A DNA stretch of 64,000 nt from the human T2T-CHM13v2.0 reference genome, Homo sapiens. Below are positions 1 to 14,158 of this stretch, piece by piece. The stretch is from NCBI RefSeq assembly GCF_009914755.1, contig NC_060934.1. One strand, 5' to 3'. Made by a program: the position numbers and the translations under genes. The notes beneath the pieces are model-generated. The model had not been told where the DNA came from. It worked only from the letters and a program-made list of their open reading frames with translations, and searched no databases. Position 1 is the first letter of the stretch. The number at the start of each line of letters is the position of its first letter.

Positions 1-179
1 CAACCTCCACTTCCTGGCTTCAAGCGATTCTCCTGCCTCAGCCTCCCCAAGTAGCTGGGACTACAGGCATGTGCCACCACACCCAGCTAATTCTTTTTGT
101 ATTTTTACTAGAGATGAGATTTTACCATGTTGGCCAGGCTGGTCTCGAACTCTTGACCTCTGGTGATCCGCCCACCTTG
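1..179 (-). mobile_element. Alu (AluS-like), cut by window edge and 5'-truncated
   Basis: ctcctgcctcagcctcc..gtagctgggactacagg..gccaggctggtctcgaactc. Confidence 0.95.
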
Positions 180-1814
180 AAAATATTTTAAAGTTGTAAA
201 TCTTACCATTGCAAAGGAACTATTTTTAGTATCCAAGTTTTTTCCTGTCCTTGTCCATATGCACATGTACATTTCCACAACTGTGCTCGTAATCACCATA
301 AAACTTCGTGTTTATCTTTTTTAAACTAAATGTTATGTCATAAAATATTTTCTACCTTATTTTAGCCTTTATAATTATAGCCAGAAAGGATTCAAAATCT
401 TCATTAAATCACTTAACCATACATAACTTAATAATTTCCTCATAGACTAATTTATTTATAACTTAAATACATAATTTTAAATCATCAAAAAATTGATAGT
501 TTACTTTTTCTTCACATTTAAGGCTAGAATGAATATCACTAATGTTGAAATGTTGTAAAACACCATATGGCCACATAAGCACTAAAGCTACTCTTTTACT
601 AAGCAATGTAATTCAGAGACAGACACTAAGCTTTCCTCAAAGTTAGTAGATAGCGCCAGGGTCTACACCCAGCCTTAGAAATGTAACCACTGAAGCCAAC
701 ATTTTTGCACAGTAAGAGCATGTGAAAACTTCTTCCAGTATGTAACAATTGTTTACATAGGAACCTTGGTTGAATTAACCTTGATTATGCTTGTTCGTCT
801 TCTCCATCAATGGGTTTAGTAATTTTAACCAACCAAGTAAGTACATTCCAGATATTTGACTGACTTGCTTTGAGAGACCTCTGTATGTGGAACTTGATGA
901 TGGAGGCTTTGAGCCTGAGATCCCAGTCCTCCTGTGGTACTTCTCTTGGTAGAGGAGATACATTCTGGGTGGAATCTAGAAGAGAAGGCAGTGCTGGCAT
1001 ACTGTTAGGGCATTTTCTTGATAAGTGTTATGAAACATAAATCTTCATTTGACTCTGAAGAAAGCCTAGGTTAGTATCAATATGAAAATCAGGTTATTGC
1101 CAGAGATTTGAGATAAATCTTTCCTGGGAAAGAAAACAACGATTTTTCCTTTGGCATTACGTCTCCGGTTTGCACAGGCTTGAGCTGTCGCTTTTGCAGA
1201 GAGACGACAGGTCTTAAACAGAGGCTTCTGCAAGGTTCACTACACATCGAGGGACTGTCAGACCAGCGGAAATGAAAAAGTTTTCTGTATTTAACCTCTG
1301 GGATTTTTGTCAGTCAAAACCCATGGGTGGAATACATGTGTCAACTCAGGCAGATAGCACAAACTGCTATTAGGCATGATGGAGTCTTTGCAGAATGCTA
1401 AGAAGATTTGGAGAATATTAAGTACCCTTAATACTGTCGGGTGATTCATGCCTCTAGTTGGCAGTTCTCATCTTGGAGCACGCTTGGAATATGCTTTCAT
1501 TGAAAATGTCAGGCTGCTTGGATGGAGCAGATGCTCATGGGATGAGTCGGGTGCTCAGAACACAACCGGAAATATCCATGTTCTTTTTCTGACATTTTTG
1601 ATAAAATGGAATAACAACGTAATATTCTTTCTGTAAAACTAGGCCAGAATATTTAAGTAAAGAAAACAGTGAAAGGGAAATACACGTTTTTCTCACGTGC
1701 ATTGTAGAGTGTTTCCTTCTTTGTGGTCACTTATTGGTCTTTTAGCTGGTACTATCCAAAGGTGAGAGCCTCAAGGTCTGTAGTCTGGGCTAGGCACTTA
1801 AGCCATGTGCAAAA

Positions 1815-2020
1815 CACAATGGAGCATAATGGTTAAAGAGCTAGATTCCACCAGGGATTGAATCCCAATTCTACCACTTACTTTGACCTTAAAGCAAGTT
1901 ACTTACATTCTGTAAGCCCCAGTTTCCTTGTCTGTACTTATGAGGTTTTTGTGAGGAACAAATGAGATACATTTTGCAAAACACGTAGCTTGTTGCCTGT
2001 CATATCATGTGAAATCCATG
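1815..2020 (+). mobile_element. MIR SINE
   Basis: MIR core: ttgaatcccaattctaccacttact..gcaagttacttac..ccccagtttcctt..tgtgaggaacaaatgagata. Confidence 0.8.
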
Positions 2021-2784
2021 TTGATGGATTGGACTTGTTGAGTAGATGGGTAGCCTAGGTCAGTTTTCCAGAAAGAAGGATAGGAGAGATGGAATGTTGA
2101 TCCATGAGATAAATTGAGCTTACAGATTTATTGTGTATGTTTTTGACATTTTGAAAAAAATTGAGTAGTAATTTAAAGGTGACAGACTTAACACAAAACC
2201 ATATCTGTTATTATTTCCAAAAAAAAAAAAAAAAAAGAGGAGATGTTGCATCACAAGACTTCAGTCCTCCATGACAGTCATCTTCAGGCAATCCCCACCA
2301 CTCCCTATCATCCCTGGGGCCAAGTTTCAGTTGGCATTCAGCATTGTGCTTGCCATATTTGTTACAGCAGAAACAATATTTTCTATCAAAAATGAAAAAA
2401 ACAAGATATACCAAGAAGGTCAAGAGTATATATTTTTTTATAAAAGTGAGGAATATTCTTAGGCATTTACTATACAAGGAAAGTATAAAATAACATGCTT
2501 GGCCTGCTTTATTGATTGATAATATCTCTGCGGTTCCTGTAGTCATGTTAGTTTGTGAACCATGATCTACAGGGCATAAGGAAGGATGAAAGAGAGTTCT
2601 CTAGAGCCTGAAATAGCCAGAAGTGGCCTGTGATATTAATACTTAGTTTTCATAGCACATAGAGCCATCTGCTGTCTTTCAGAGTTCATGCAGCCCTGCT
2701 ATTCTTTGTCGATTCTTGCATATCACTTCAAAACCTCATTCTTTCCCATTATTTCTATATTTTTGGACTAGAACACTAACAAGT

Positions 2785-2942
2785 CTTCCTTCTTCCTTTG
2801 TTCTTTCCTATTTTCCTTTCTTCCTGTCTTTCTGTCTGTCTCTCTATTTTCTTTTTCCCTTTCTTGCTCCCTCTTTCTTTTACTTCCCCTCTCTTTCCTC
2901 CTTCCTCTCTCCCCCTTTCTCCCTCCCTCCCTTTCTTCCTTG
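2785..2942. repeat. CT-rich polypyrimidine low-complexity tract
   Basis: ~160 nt of almost only C/T (ttcc, ctct, ccct units). Confidence 0.9.
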
Positions 2943-3501
2943 TGCTTGTATAGTATTTTAACACCATTGTTCAATTACTCTTCCATTTAAATTTGTATCT
3001 ATTCTACAAAGAGTATAACAATAATAAAGTAACCCAAATCCCACTAGCACTGTTTTCCATGTTGTGGGCTAGTTTCTCTGATTAATTCTTTATCAGTGTC
3101 TCAAGAGTCTGCAAAAAATCTTCGTTTATATGATTTGAGCTTCAAATCAATGGTGCAACTACACCCACTTCCCAAATGGTATTAAGCTTCATGTGGATCT
3201 TTCTGTGGGAAAAGTTGCTTTCCTTACATTAGCTGGGAACTACTAGTCTTTGGTTCAAGAGACTAAAAGCATTAGTATTCAATTAGACATAAGTCAACGC
3301 TTGCAAATCACTACTTTCCAAAAGAGAGTAATAATTTCCACTAGACAAGTGGCCAACAGTGATGGTTAATTTACTTCAGTAGTATGTGTACACCTTCCAG
3401 GGAATGACTGAACTGAGAAAATAAGTCCAAACTAAGAAGAGGGAGTATAGTGACTTTTTTTTTTTCTAAACAAGTCTGTAATGCTGTTACCATGCACCGC
3501 A

Positions 3502-3882
3502 TGTCAGTCAATAACGCTAAGCTTGGGTGTGGTAACAGACAGTCCTAAATTCTCAGTGGCCTAGAACTGAGTAAAGATTTATTTCTTCCTCACCTGCCCA
3601 TTGTGGGTTTGCTGGGGCGTTGCTCATGAACCAAGCTGACAGAGGCTCTGTGTAGATGCATGCTGCCATGACTGACAGGGCCGGGAAAGGAAGAGCTCCC
3701 GCGTCCCACACCGGCAATTAACTGCCTCTGCCCAGAAACATCACAAGTCATGGCTGCTCATTTTTAACAGCCAAATAGAATCCTGTGGCTGTGCTGAGTT
3801 TGAGCAGGTAGGGAAATGCTATTTTACCATGTGCCTAGGAAGAGAGAGACTTGATATATTTGTGAATATCTTTAATAACTAT
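3502..3882. mobile_element. Old MaLR solo LTR (MLT1K/MLT1L-like)
   Basis: gtggtaacagacagtcctaaattctcagtggc..aaagatttatttct..ctgcctctgcccagaa..accatgtgcctaggaagagagag. Confidence 0.7.
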
Positions 3883-4754
3883 CTAATACCTAAACCACAC
3901 TTAGGAATGTGCACAAATTAATACTCTCATAACTGCCACTTGAGTGTGAATAACAATGTGTGGCGTTGTAATTCATGTATTTTTTCAGGCTAATGAGGAA
4001 ACAATTTTTAATGCAGAGTATTTGAGTAAAGCTACTGATTTGGGGGAATTATTCCCTCCATTTATGTCACTCTTTTTCATTCCCCTGCTTTTCTGAGAAC
4101 AATATTCATTTATTCACACTTTTCTCCTGTATAGCTTGTTTAACTTAATATAAGTGCTAAGTTTTCTAGATGGGCACAGTTGCCTGCTAGGTTAATTTAA
4201 CTTTTAAGCTGAAAACAACCATATAGAAAGATATTTAAATGACTGTTTTTGCTGCTGCAACTACTACTACTGCTACTACTAATAAAAAGTTCTATGTTTT
4301 GTGTTATGTATTTTACCACCTAGTGACACCTTCACAGGGTCTTATGCCCAACATATAATTACTGATTCTAGTTGGTATGGGTTTTTGTGTATTGTCCATT
4401 TCAATATATTTAAGGTTTTATTTTGTAATAATTCTTGCTTTATGAACATTAAAATAAAATCCGAAAGTACCCATATGCATGGCATGGGTATTCTAGGTTG
4501 CAAACATTGTAATAAATTGTAGGCTTCATAAAATTAGAGCTCAGGTAAGAATACCACTTCCATTTATGGAAGCGTGTGGAAACTCCAGTTTCCTTGCTTG
4601 TCATTAAATTCAGGTCAATGGAGATTGTCTGCCAATTGCTTCTCCCATTTCAATGGATTTTATATTTTCTACATATTATTTTGTTCTCCATCCCAAAAGA
4701 ATAGTCTTCTACATGTTTTCTCTTGAAAACACTAACATATTCTATCATGTATTT

Positions 4755-6068
4755 TATTTTGTGATAAGGATATTTAACATAATATCTATCCTCTTAGCAA
4801 AGTTTTAAGTATACAGTTCAGTATTGTTTACTATAGGCACTATTCTGCGCCTCTAGACCTCTAGGACATATTCATATTGCATAACTAAAACCTTGTACCC
4901 TTTGACTAATACCTTCCTGTTTTCCCCTCCCCCAACCCCTGGCAACCACCATTGTACTCTCTGCCTCTACACATCTGACTATTTTAGATTCCTTATAAAA
5001 GTGGGATCACATAGTATTCTCATTCTATGACTGTCTTATTTCACTTAGCATAGTGTTCTCCAGGTTTATCCATGTTGTTGCAATGCATTTCCTTCTTTTT
5101 CAGAGACTAGATAATATTCCATTGTATGTATACACCATATTTTCTTTACCCATTCATCCATCTATGGATATTAGGTTGCTTCCATGTCTTGGCTATTGTA
5201 AATAATGCTGCAATAAACATGAACGTGGTGACATCTCTTTGAGATCCTGATTTCAGTTCCTCTGGCTATATACCCAGAAGGTGAGACTGCTGTATCATAT
5301 GGTAGTTCCATTTTTTATTTTTTTGAGGAACTTCTAAACTGTTCTTTATAGTGGCTGCACCAATTTACATTTCCACCAACAGGGTTACAATTTTGTCACA
5401 TCCTTGCCAATTCTTGTTATCTATTTTTTAATATAATAGTCATTCTAACAGATGTGAAGTGACATCTCATTGTGGTTTTGATTTGGATTTCCCTGATGAT
5501 TAATGTTGAATACCTTTTCATATACTTCATGGCCGTTTGTGTGTCTTTTTTTGAAGAAATGTCTCTTCAAGTCCTTTGCTCATTTGCTCACTTTTTATTT
5601 TTTGTTTTTTGTTTTTTTGCTTTTGAGTCATGGGATTTGCTTATATATTTTGGATATGAACACCTCATCAGATAAATGGTTTGCAAGCATTTTCTCCTGT
5701 TACGTAGGTTGCCTTTTTATTCTGTTGATTGTTTTCTATGCTGTACAGAAGGTATTCAGTTTGACAGAATCCTGCTTGTCTATTTTTGTTTTTGTTGCCT
5801 GTGCTTTTAATATCACATCCAAGAAATCATTGCCAAGGCCAATGTTAAGAAGATTTTCCCCTATGCTTTCTTCTAAGAGTTTTATCACTTCATGTTTTAC
5901 ATTTAAGCCTTTAATCCATTTTGAGTTGATTTTTCGTATGATGCAAGATAAAGGTCCAATTTTATTCATTTGCATGTTAATATTCAGTTTTCCCAGTAGC
6001 ATTTATTGAGTGACTATCCTTTCCCCATTTATTATTCTTGGCACCCTTGTTGAAGATCAGTTGACCCA
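4755..6068 (-). mobile_element. L1MA (L1MA8/9-like) 3' fragment with ORF2 C-terminal remnant
   Basis: Minus ORF 5736-6002 gives KINSKWIKGLNVK..IKLLEESIGENL..GLGNDFL..KAQATKTKIDK (L1 ORF2p); typical L1MA 3' UTR. Confidence 0.92.
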
Positions 6069-7546
6069 TTACTTCATTTATCAATAAAATGTACTCCCTT
6101 CTTTCCTATTTGCCAATCATATTTGTTTTCGTCATTCAGAAATCTTTTTTCTCTGACTTCTCCAAAGTAATTCCTACACGATCCCAGGACTTCAGCATAT
6201 CTGTTAACACATATGTACATTCAGGTTTAGCTATAACTGGCCTTTACTTAAAAATATTGTTCATGGTTTTATTAGGCTTTAATGTTTACTGTCTATAAAT
6301 AAACTTAAATAAGCTAAGAATCTACTTCCTTTATAATTCCCCATAATACACTGGCCTGCTATCACCTAGCGACATCTTAGATGAAGAACAAACATCACTT
6401 AACTCACATTGCAAAGTTGCACTTCTGTATATAAGCCTTCAAATTAGCACATTCCTAAGGCTTAAGAAAAATCGATTCAGGATGATAATACCACAAGTAA
6501 ATATTAACCCTAACTAACACATGTGGGTAGATTAAGTGATATTAAAATACTTTGATAAATAAAAATTGATACTTAAAATGCAAGTTACTATTATTGGTAA
6601 CAGAAAAAAGATAAAGGACTTATTGAATTATGCTTATTTAAAATATATTTTGAAGATGGTTTACAGCAAAACGCATATGAATTTTATAGTACAATAAAAA
6701 TAAAAGACAATAAGCACATTTTGTAAAATTTTATTGTTTCTCAAAAATGATTTTAGTGAATAGATTTATATTTCTTTTACCAGAGTTCAAATTCCAACCA
6801 CTAGTATTGGACTGTAGGCCTTTTATTTCTTTTATGCACCAAAGGGAGTAAATCAAATATAAAATATGGCCAAAGATAATTTTTGGAAAAGAAAACATCT
6901 CTTGGCAAGAATTTAACCTGGAATTTTCTTATTAATAAATGAGGAGTGTGTTTGGTGGACTGGATTATGTTGTGCAGGCTTTCCCATGGACCAATGCCCA
7001 GTTTGAATATTCTTTTTTTGAATACATAAACAGATGTGCACAAATTCTTTTTTGCCATTTTCATTACTCAGAAGCTTTAAGAAGAAAGTTGCCCAAATAA
7101 AATACTGACTGTGGAAAAATTATTTAGAATGCAAATATATCTCTTTGTTTTATTTTTAACTAGATTTAGCCCTTACTCCATACTCCACATTGGATTCAGT
7201 TAGTAAGCACAACTTTGTTTCGTGTAAAGAATTAATAACCACCCCAATGGTAGAGAATACATGGCTGGTAGAGATCACTTATTAATCTGAAATCAGTTTT
7301 ATCATTGAATGCTTCATCAATAATATTTCTATGTTCAATGTAGAGGCTTTGCCCCGTGAGAAGAGATTTATCACCAAACCAGCTAACTTTCCATGTAGTT
7401 TTTAGCATTTTGCCTGTCATGGGTTAGATAAAGCGTTTTTCTATATAAAGGGTCTTATAAAGGCCATCAGATTGACAGCGCATAGTGATTTTTTGTAATA
7501 ACTAGTAGATGATACTCAAATATAAAATGTAGATTTAAAAAAGTCA

Positions 7547-7865
<319 letters not shown>

Positions 7866-9329
7866 CCATTTTCCACCGCCACCTCATAATTCTAAGCACT
7901 AATTACTGTTCCCATATAATAGTAGAGGTGTGGAGATACACTCTCCAAAGAAAACCTTGGTGCCACGTAATTTGGCTACAAGACAGAGTTTTTAAAATTG
8001 TATTTTTATCTTGGCAACTTGGAGGCACATGGGATCTGTATGGTTGGCCCTTTTTAATGGTGTTCATCACTAGGAATGACATTTCTGTGGTATCCTGGGC
8101 CATTCCTGTCCTCAGAGGTATACATGCATCACCCCCCATGGTAAATCCCCACCCAGTAATTGCCAATTTGATTATGGATAAGCTTTCTTTTCCTTTAGTA
8201 ACATGGGAACTAGACTTTAACCTTCACAAGTGACATCTTTATTTTTAAAAAGGAAAACAATAAAACTTTGGGTTTAAAATCTGAGCAATTTATCGAAAAG
8301 ATTAAACGTAAGTAGTTTAAGCTTCATAATTGCTTGACCACACAGCCTTATAGTGTTCAGTAGTTATGGGTTTTTTTTGTTTTTTTTTTTTAACTTTTGA
8401 ATATATTGAGACATCGTGGAACTGAAGTTTGGAAAACTTGGTGGTTTGTGGGTTTTTATATTGGCAACTGACTCTTCTCAACCTCTTGGTGAAATGAAGT
8501 TATTTATAAATGCTTCTCTAGTGTACTGTTTTATGTTGAGTCCAACTTACAGTTTTCAAAGCTAAGTACAGCAAAAATGATGTAACTAAATATAAACACT
8601 TTTTATTAGAAGACTATATGTGAAACCAGCCTTTACATTAAAATGTTTCCTTTTTTTTCTAATTGGCAATATCTTATTGTGCCCCTTTGAGCTATAACTT
8701 TTGATAGTAAGTCCTAGTTCTGAGAAACTTTCTCATCTTAAACTAAACCTCATCTTGAACTAAACCACACATACATACACATTTATTTCCCCACAAATTT
8801 TTCATAGAAAAAAAAATTCCATGGAGACTTCTAGCTCTGAGGAATGTGTTCCAATTCTGTTTTTAAAGTGCAATTACATAGAAGGCATCAAGAGAATTAC
8901 AAAACTAGCAAATGAAAGAATAAAGTATAAAATAAGCTCCTTAAAATGATTTAATTCGTTTAAACTTTTTAAAAGTTCAACACTTATTTTGACTGAAAAT
9001 TAAATGTTACCAGGGAGGTTGATGCTGCATAGTTATATAATCAGCTTAATTAGTTGATATGGGTCATGAAGCAGATGCCCTATTCCAATAGAGTTCCAGA
9101 ATTCTAGAGGAAGCCTCTCATGCCCTTAAGAATGGAGCTAAGTCCACATTATGGTAATTGTTATTATAACCTTAGGGGGGTCAAATCCTGAGAAGAAAAT
9201 GGTGTGACAGATTACCAAAGCATGAGTTTTGGTGATAGGCATATCTAGGTGTGCATAGAACAGATTTTAGTGAACCTTTCATTATAATCATCATTATAAT
9301 TGTTGGATCATGATACCATAGTTATAAAT

Positions 9330-9590
9330 TCTGTAGCTCTGGAGTCAGAAATTCCTGAGTCTGAAGCCCACAAGCTGTATGATTATATGACCTTGGGCAA
9401 GTTACTTCAGTGTTAAATCATTTTCAGTTTTCTCACGTTTAAAATTAGGATAATAACAAAAATGCCCACCTCATACATTTGTGAGGCTTCTAATGGTCTA
9501 TGAAAAGCACTTAGCACAATCTTCACACTCATATGTATAAGGCACTATAATAATAAGAGCTCAGTAAATGCCAAATACTATTATATAATG
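9330..9590 (+). mobile_element. MIR SINE
   Basis: gctctggagtcaga..tgaccttgggcaagttactt..cagttttctc..aaagcacttagcaca..ctcagtaaatg. Confidence 0.85.
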
Positions 9591-10117
9591 ATTAATTCTA
9601 TTACTAATTATTATTCATGATCCCCTTCCTTTAATTTCCCCTGTATCCCTGACCATATTCCAGGTTTGGTGAGTATAATACACACACTTCCCAAGAGCTG
9701 CATGAGTGGGATGCTTTATTGGCTACTTTGTCTGATTTAGAAGGATCTCAGAAGTGGTATTCAGTACCCCAGTGGATGTGCTGCCATGTGAAGCTTCATC
9801 AGTGTTCAATGGCAGGGATTGGTTTGCTCGTCCTTGAGTCCTTCATGTCTATTGTTCCTGCCCAAATTGCCATGCAAAATCAGAGTTAGAGGAATTGGAG
9901 TGGCTGATGCCTCCAGCAGATTGACTTGAAATTCAACAAAAATTCCTGTCCCCTCATTAAAAAAAAATCTTAATTCCTTTCATGTACCATTGTAGATTCT
10001 TTAGATTATTTTATTCATTATAATCTTATAAAGCCAGAATCTATATGGTCCAGTCTCTCAGTGCAGGGTCAAATAGACAGGTCAATATCCAAATGTTCAT
10101 TAAAAATAATTTTGTTT

Positions 10118-10346
10118 GTCAGGAGATCGAGACCATCCTGGTGAACACGGTGAAACCCAGTCTCTACTAAAAATACAAAAAAAAAAAATTAGCTGGGAGT
10201 GGTGGTGGTCGCCTATAGTCCCAGCTACTCGGGAGGCTGAGGCAGGAGAATGGCATGAACCCAGGGGCAGAGCTTGCAGTGAGGGGAGATCGTGCCACTG
10301 CAGTCCAGCCTGGGTGACTGAGCCAGACTCCGTCTCAAAAAAAAAA
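10118..10346 (+). mobile_element. 5'-truncated AluY-like element
   Basis: gtcaggagatcgagaccatcctgg..aacacggtgaaac..ggagaatggcatgaaccc..gagcttgcagtgag (Y diagnostics); degenerate TSD aaaa(t/a)aattt(tg/c)tttg. Confidence 0.92.
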
Positions 10347-11129
10347 TTTCTTTGGATTTTTAAAATGTCCCAAAAGGAGGATACTTACAAATACCATTTT
10401 CTTCTTCCAGCCCCATGTGACAACTGCTCTCCTCTCTCTCCATCCCATCTTAGTAAAAATCCCACCATTATTCTAAGCCCCTGTGTCTCCTGTTCCTTTC
10501 CTCCTTTTCTTTCCTCTTGATTATACATTACTTATGGACAGACTATTGGTCCAGCTAAAGTCCTCTCCTCAAAAAGTGGTGGGAAGGGAAGACTGAGCCA
10601 ATCAAATCAAGCATCAAACAATGAAAACCTGTAAGTTCACTAGTTTAGCAAAGATTATCAGGGGAACAAAAGGAAATATCTGGAGCCTTGGGCTCTGAGA
10701 TGAGCCTAAACAGGCATGAAGGGGCAGCAGTTGTGATGAAGGCACTCTTAAGATGGAGTGAGGTTATATATAAGGGTGCCCACTCAATAGCCCTTCAATA
10801 ATTTTCACTTGTTCTCCAAGTAGTACTAGATATGCTATTTGTGTTTAGCTGGGTTTCAGGGAAGGCACCTTCAGGAAGAGGAGCCCTAGCTCTGTGAATA
10901 CTGGATATGCTCAGAAAAGATTCTCAGTAAAAGAGTTAACTTTCTTAAAAAGTTGTACCTGGTTACACAGGAGCTTGATCTCCTTTACTGTTAAACGTGC
11001 AGCAGTTTACAAAATGACTACTTGGGAATGCTTGTTTATTATAAGAACAATTCATGCCAATATTAAGGAAATTATGTTTTCAGCAGTTATCTTTGGCCAT
11101 ATCTTTCCTTCCATTCCTAGTTTCATATC

Positions 11130-11560
11130 TTGATTAGACCTTTAATATGGCAGCAGCTTCCTAACCTGTCTCCTTAACCCTAGGCTTTTCAGTATCCAAT
11201 TCATTTGACATCATGCTGTTGGAATAGTTTTCCTGAAACACAGCTCTGATCATGACACTTTGCTGAAACTGTAGCTACCTTTCCATTACCAAGTTAATGT
11301 AGTCTACATTTGTCAGTTTGACATTCCAAGATCCTCTTCAATCTGGTCCTTGTCTGTCTCCTATCTGCCTTTCACCCGCTCACCTTTCTGCTCTCTTCCA
11401 ACAAAATGAACCCCTGACCCCATGTCTGCTTTCCCTACATTGTACTTTTCCTTATGCTGTTCCTACCCCGTCTCAAAAATCTTCCTTTTCTTCCTCCACC
11501 TATTCACATCCTACTGTATTCTTTTGAACTGAGATCAAATGGAGACTTTTCCTGTTATAT
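11130..11560 (+). mobile_element. L2 fragment
   Basis: cagcttcctaacctgtctcc..tgatcatgacact..gacattccaagatcctcttcaatctggtcct..cttatgctgttcct. Confidence 0.65.
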
Positions 11561-13974
11561 CCCAGTTCTTAAGACATATTTCTACTAAAATCTTCTTTTC
11601 CGATTTCTTGAATGTATATACATGAAAATCATACCTGAGTTATACACATTTAGTAAGTTCTTTTATTGAAATATCTAAGATATAGTAAATCAAAATATTT
11701 TTGAGATCTGGAATGTAAACATCATGTGCGTATGCACACATATATATTGTGTGTATATACACACACATACATATGATGGCCCAAGTCAGTTTTATGTAGA
11801 TAATTCTATACCTGACATTTTGAGGTCAGGATGTATATCTAATTAACTTTTTATTTTCTAAAATCTAACAGTTGATTGTTGATTGTGTAATATAAATGTT
11901 TGATGATGGATTGGGCATGGGGCCTTTGCACCTTGTAGATATCTAAAATGATATTCAGTAATTCCTTGCCAGTTATTCTTAGTAAAATCAATATGGATTT
12001 TGTTTTATGCTTCTGTAATGCATTGTAACACACATAAATAAAAGTACTTAATTCATAAGTCTTCAATGAGTTATCCTTACAGCAGTATAATCACCACTCA
12101 GATTAAGAAACAGAACTTTCCCAGATCCCCAAAAGCCTTCCTCATGCCATTTCCCAATCACCAGACCCACTTTTTTCCTCAAAGGTAACTATTATCTTCA
12201 CCATTAATTTTTTGCCCATGTGATATATATTCATTTATGTCTGGTGTATTTTGCTGAGTATTGTTTTGAGTTTTATTGGTGGTGTTGCTTGTAGCAATGT
12301 TCACTTACTTTTACTGTTTTTATATTCTATTGGATTAATATATATTTATCTATTCTAATGTTGATGGACATTTGTGCTATTGCCAGTTTGGGATATTATG
12401 AATAATGCTGCTACAGATATTCTTGCACACATTATTTGGTGATAATAGGTATGTATTTCTCTTGGAGATATCCTTAGGATTGGACTTTCTAGATTATGGG
12501 ATAACCATATAATTAGTTTAGGTAGACGTTGCCACCTAAATTTTCCCAAGTGGCCATAACAATTTATACTCCCACTAATAGTGGATGAAAGTTCCTATTG
12601 TTCCACAAACTAAGGATTGCTGTGAATTCTTTTCAATTTTAGCCATTTGGGTAGATGTGTGAGATTGAAGTTTTAATCTACATTTCCCTGATGACTAACG
12701 AAATGAGCAATTTTTCATGTTTCTTGGTTATTTGGATACCTTCTTTTACGAAATGCCTGTTCAAGTATTTTGCCCATTTCTCTATGGGGTTGTGTGTCTT
12801 GACTTATGAGTTTTAGGAATTCAAGATAGCATCCGACTTAACCTTTTTGCTAATTAAATATATATTATAAATATCTTTCCCTACTTTGTAGTTTGCCATT
12901 TGACTGTAGTAATTATGCCTTTTTTATTTTTTCAAATAGACTTAATTTTTTGAGTGAAAAATGTTAAAAGCAGAATAGACTTAAATTTTTAGGTTTTAGC
13001 CTCACAGCAAAATTGAGCAAAAGGTATAGAGATTTCCCATATATCTCCTACCCCAGTATCCAGTATTCATAACCTCCCCCACTATCAGAGTAGTATATTT
13101 GTTACAATCAATTAACCTTCATTGGTACAACATTATCACCCCAAATTCATAGTTTGAACAAGGGTTCATTCTTGCTTCTCTAGGTTTGTATAAATGAATA
13201 ATGATATGCATCTACTTTGATGTCTTCTGGTCGAACAAATTTTCTAATTTTAATGTGGTTCATTTTATCAGCTTTTCTCCTTAGAATGAGTGCTTTCTCT
13301 TTCTTGTTTATGACATTATTACCTACTCTAAGTTAGTGAATGAATACTCTCTCCTTTCCCCTGTTTTCTTTTAGAAGCTTATCTTATCTCTCACAGTTAG
13401 AGCTACAAATCTTCTGAAATAGAATTATTGTATATCACACAAAAAGGGGCACAAGATTCATTTACTTGATGTATGAGTATTTAGTTGATGCAGTACTATC
13501 TATTTAAACGACTATATTTATGTAGTGTCACATTTGTTGTATATGAAGTAGCTTATGTATGTAGGTTTATTTCGGAGCTCTCCATTGTAATCTATTGAAC
13601 CATTTGTTTATCCTTATGCTACAAATGTTTGTTTGTTTGTTACTGGTATAGAAATACATTTTTAACCTTTAACATAAAATTTCTGTATGCTGACCTCAAA
13701 TTTACTTATTTTAATAGTTTATATGTAGGTCTATGTCAATAATTATGCAATATTTTCTAATTTTTATGAATTTTACTTAGTGTTCTTGCCTTATTTCAGT
13801 GGTCAGACCTCAATTATAATGTTGAATGAATGTGGTGATTATGGACATCTATTTCTTTTTGTGGTACCATAAAGAAGTCTTTTAATAATTCACCATTAAT
13901 TATGAGTTTTTGGTAGATTTTGTGTGCATGTGTGTGTGTACATTTTAACAGATAAGTACTGTCTACATTTAAAT

Positions 13975-14158
13975 TATTTATTTATTCATTTATTCATTTA
14001 TTTATTTTTTTAGAGGCAGAATCTTGCACTGTCATCTAGGCTCCAGTGTACTGGTGCAATCATAGCTCTCTGCAGCCTCAAACTCCTGGGCTCAAGTGAT
14101 CCTCCTGCCTCAGCCTCCCAAAGTACTGAGATTATGCGCATGAGCCGCCACACCTGGC
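13975..14158 (-). mobile_element. Alu monomer (FRAM/AluJ-like)
   Basis: Single arm: tgcagcctcaaactcctgggctcaagtgatcctcctgcctcagcctcccaaagtactgagatta..gagccgccacacctggc. Confidence 0.85.

Noticed and set aside
775-1000. Two overlapping minus ORFs as a possible processed pseudogene
   Set aside because: No recognisable protein, poly-A tail or TSD; a tBLASTn/BLASTx search would be needed to revive it.
2271-2462. 63-aa ORF with a TM-like segment next to an orphan A-run
   Set aside because: No promoter or splice context and no homology; expected by chance in AT-rich DNA.
5472-6009. Hydrophobic 168-aa and 67-aa ORFs
   Set aside because: Antisense reading of the T-rich strand of an L1 fossil.
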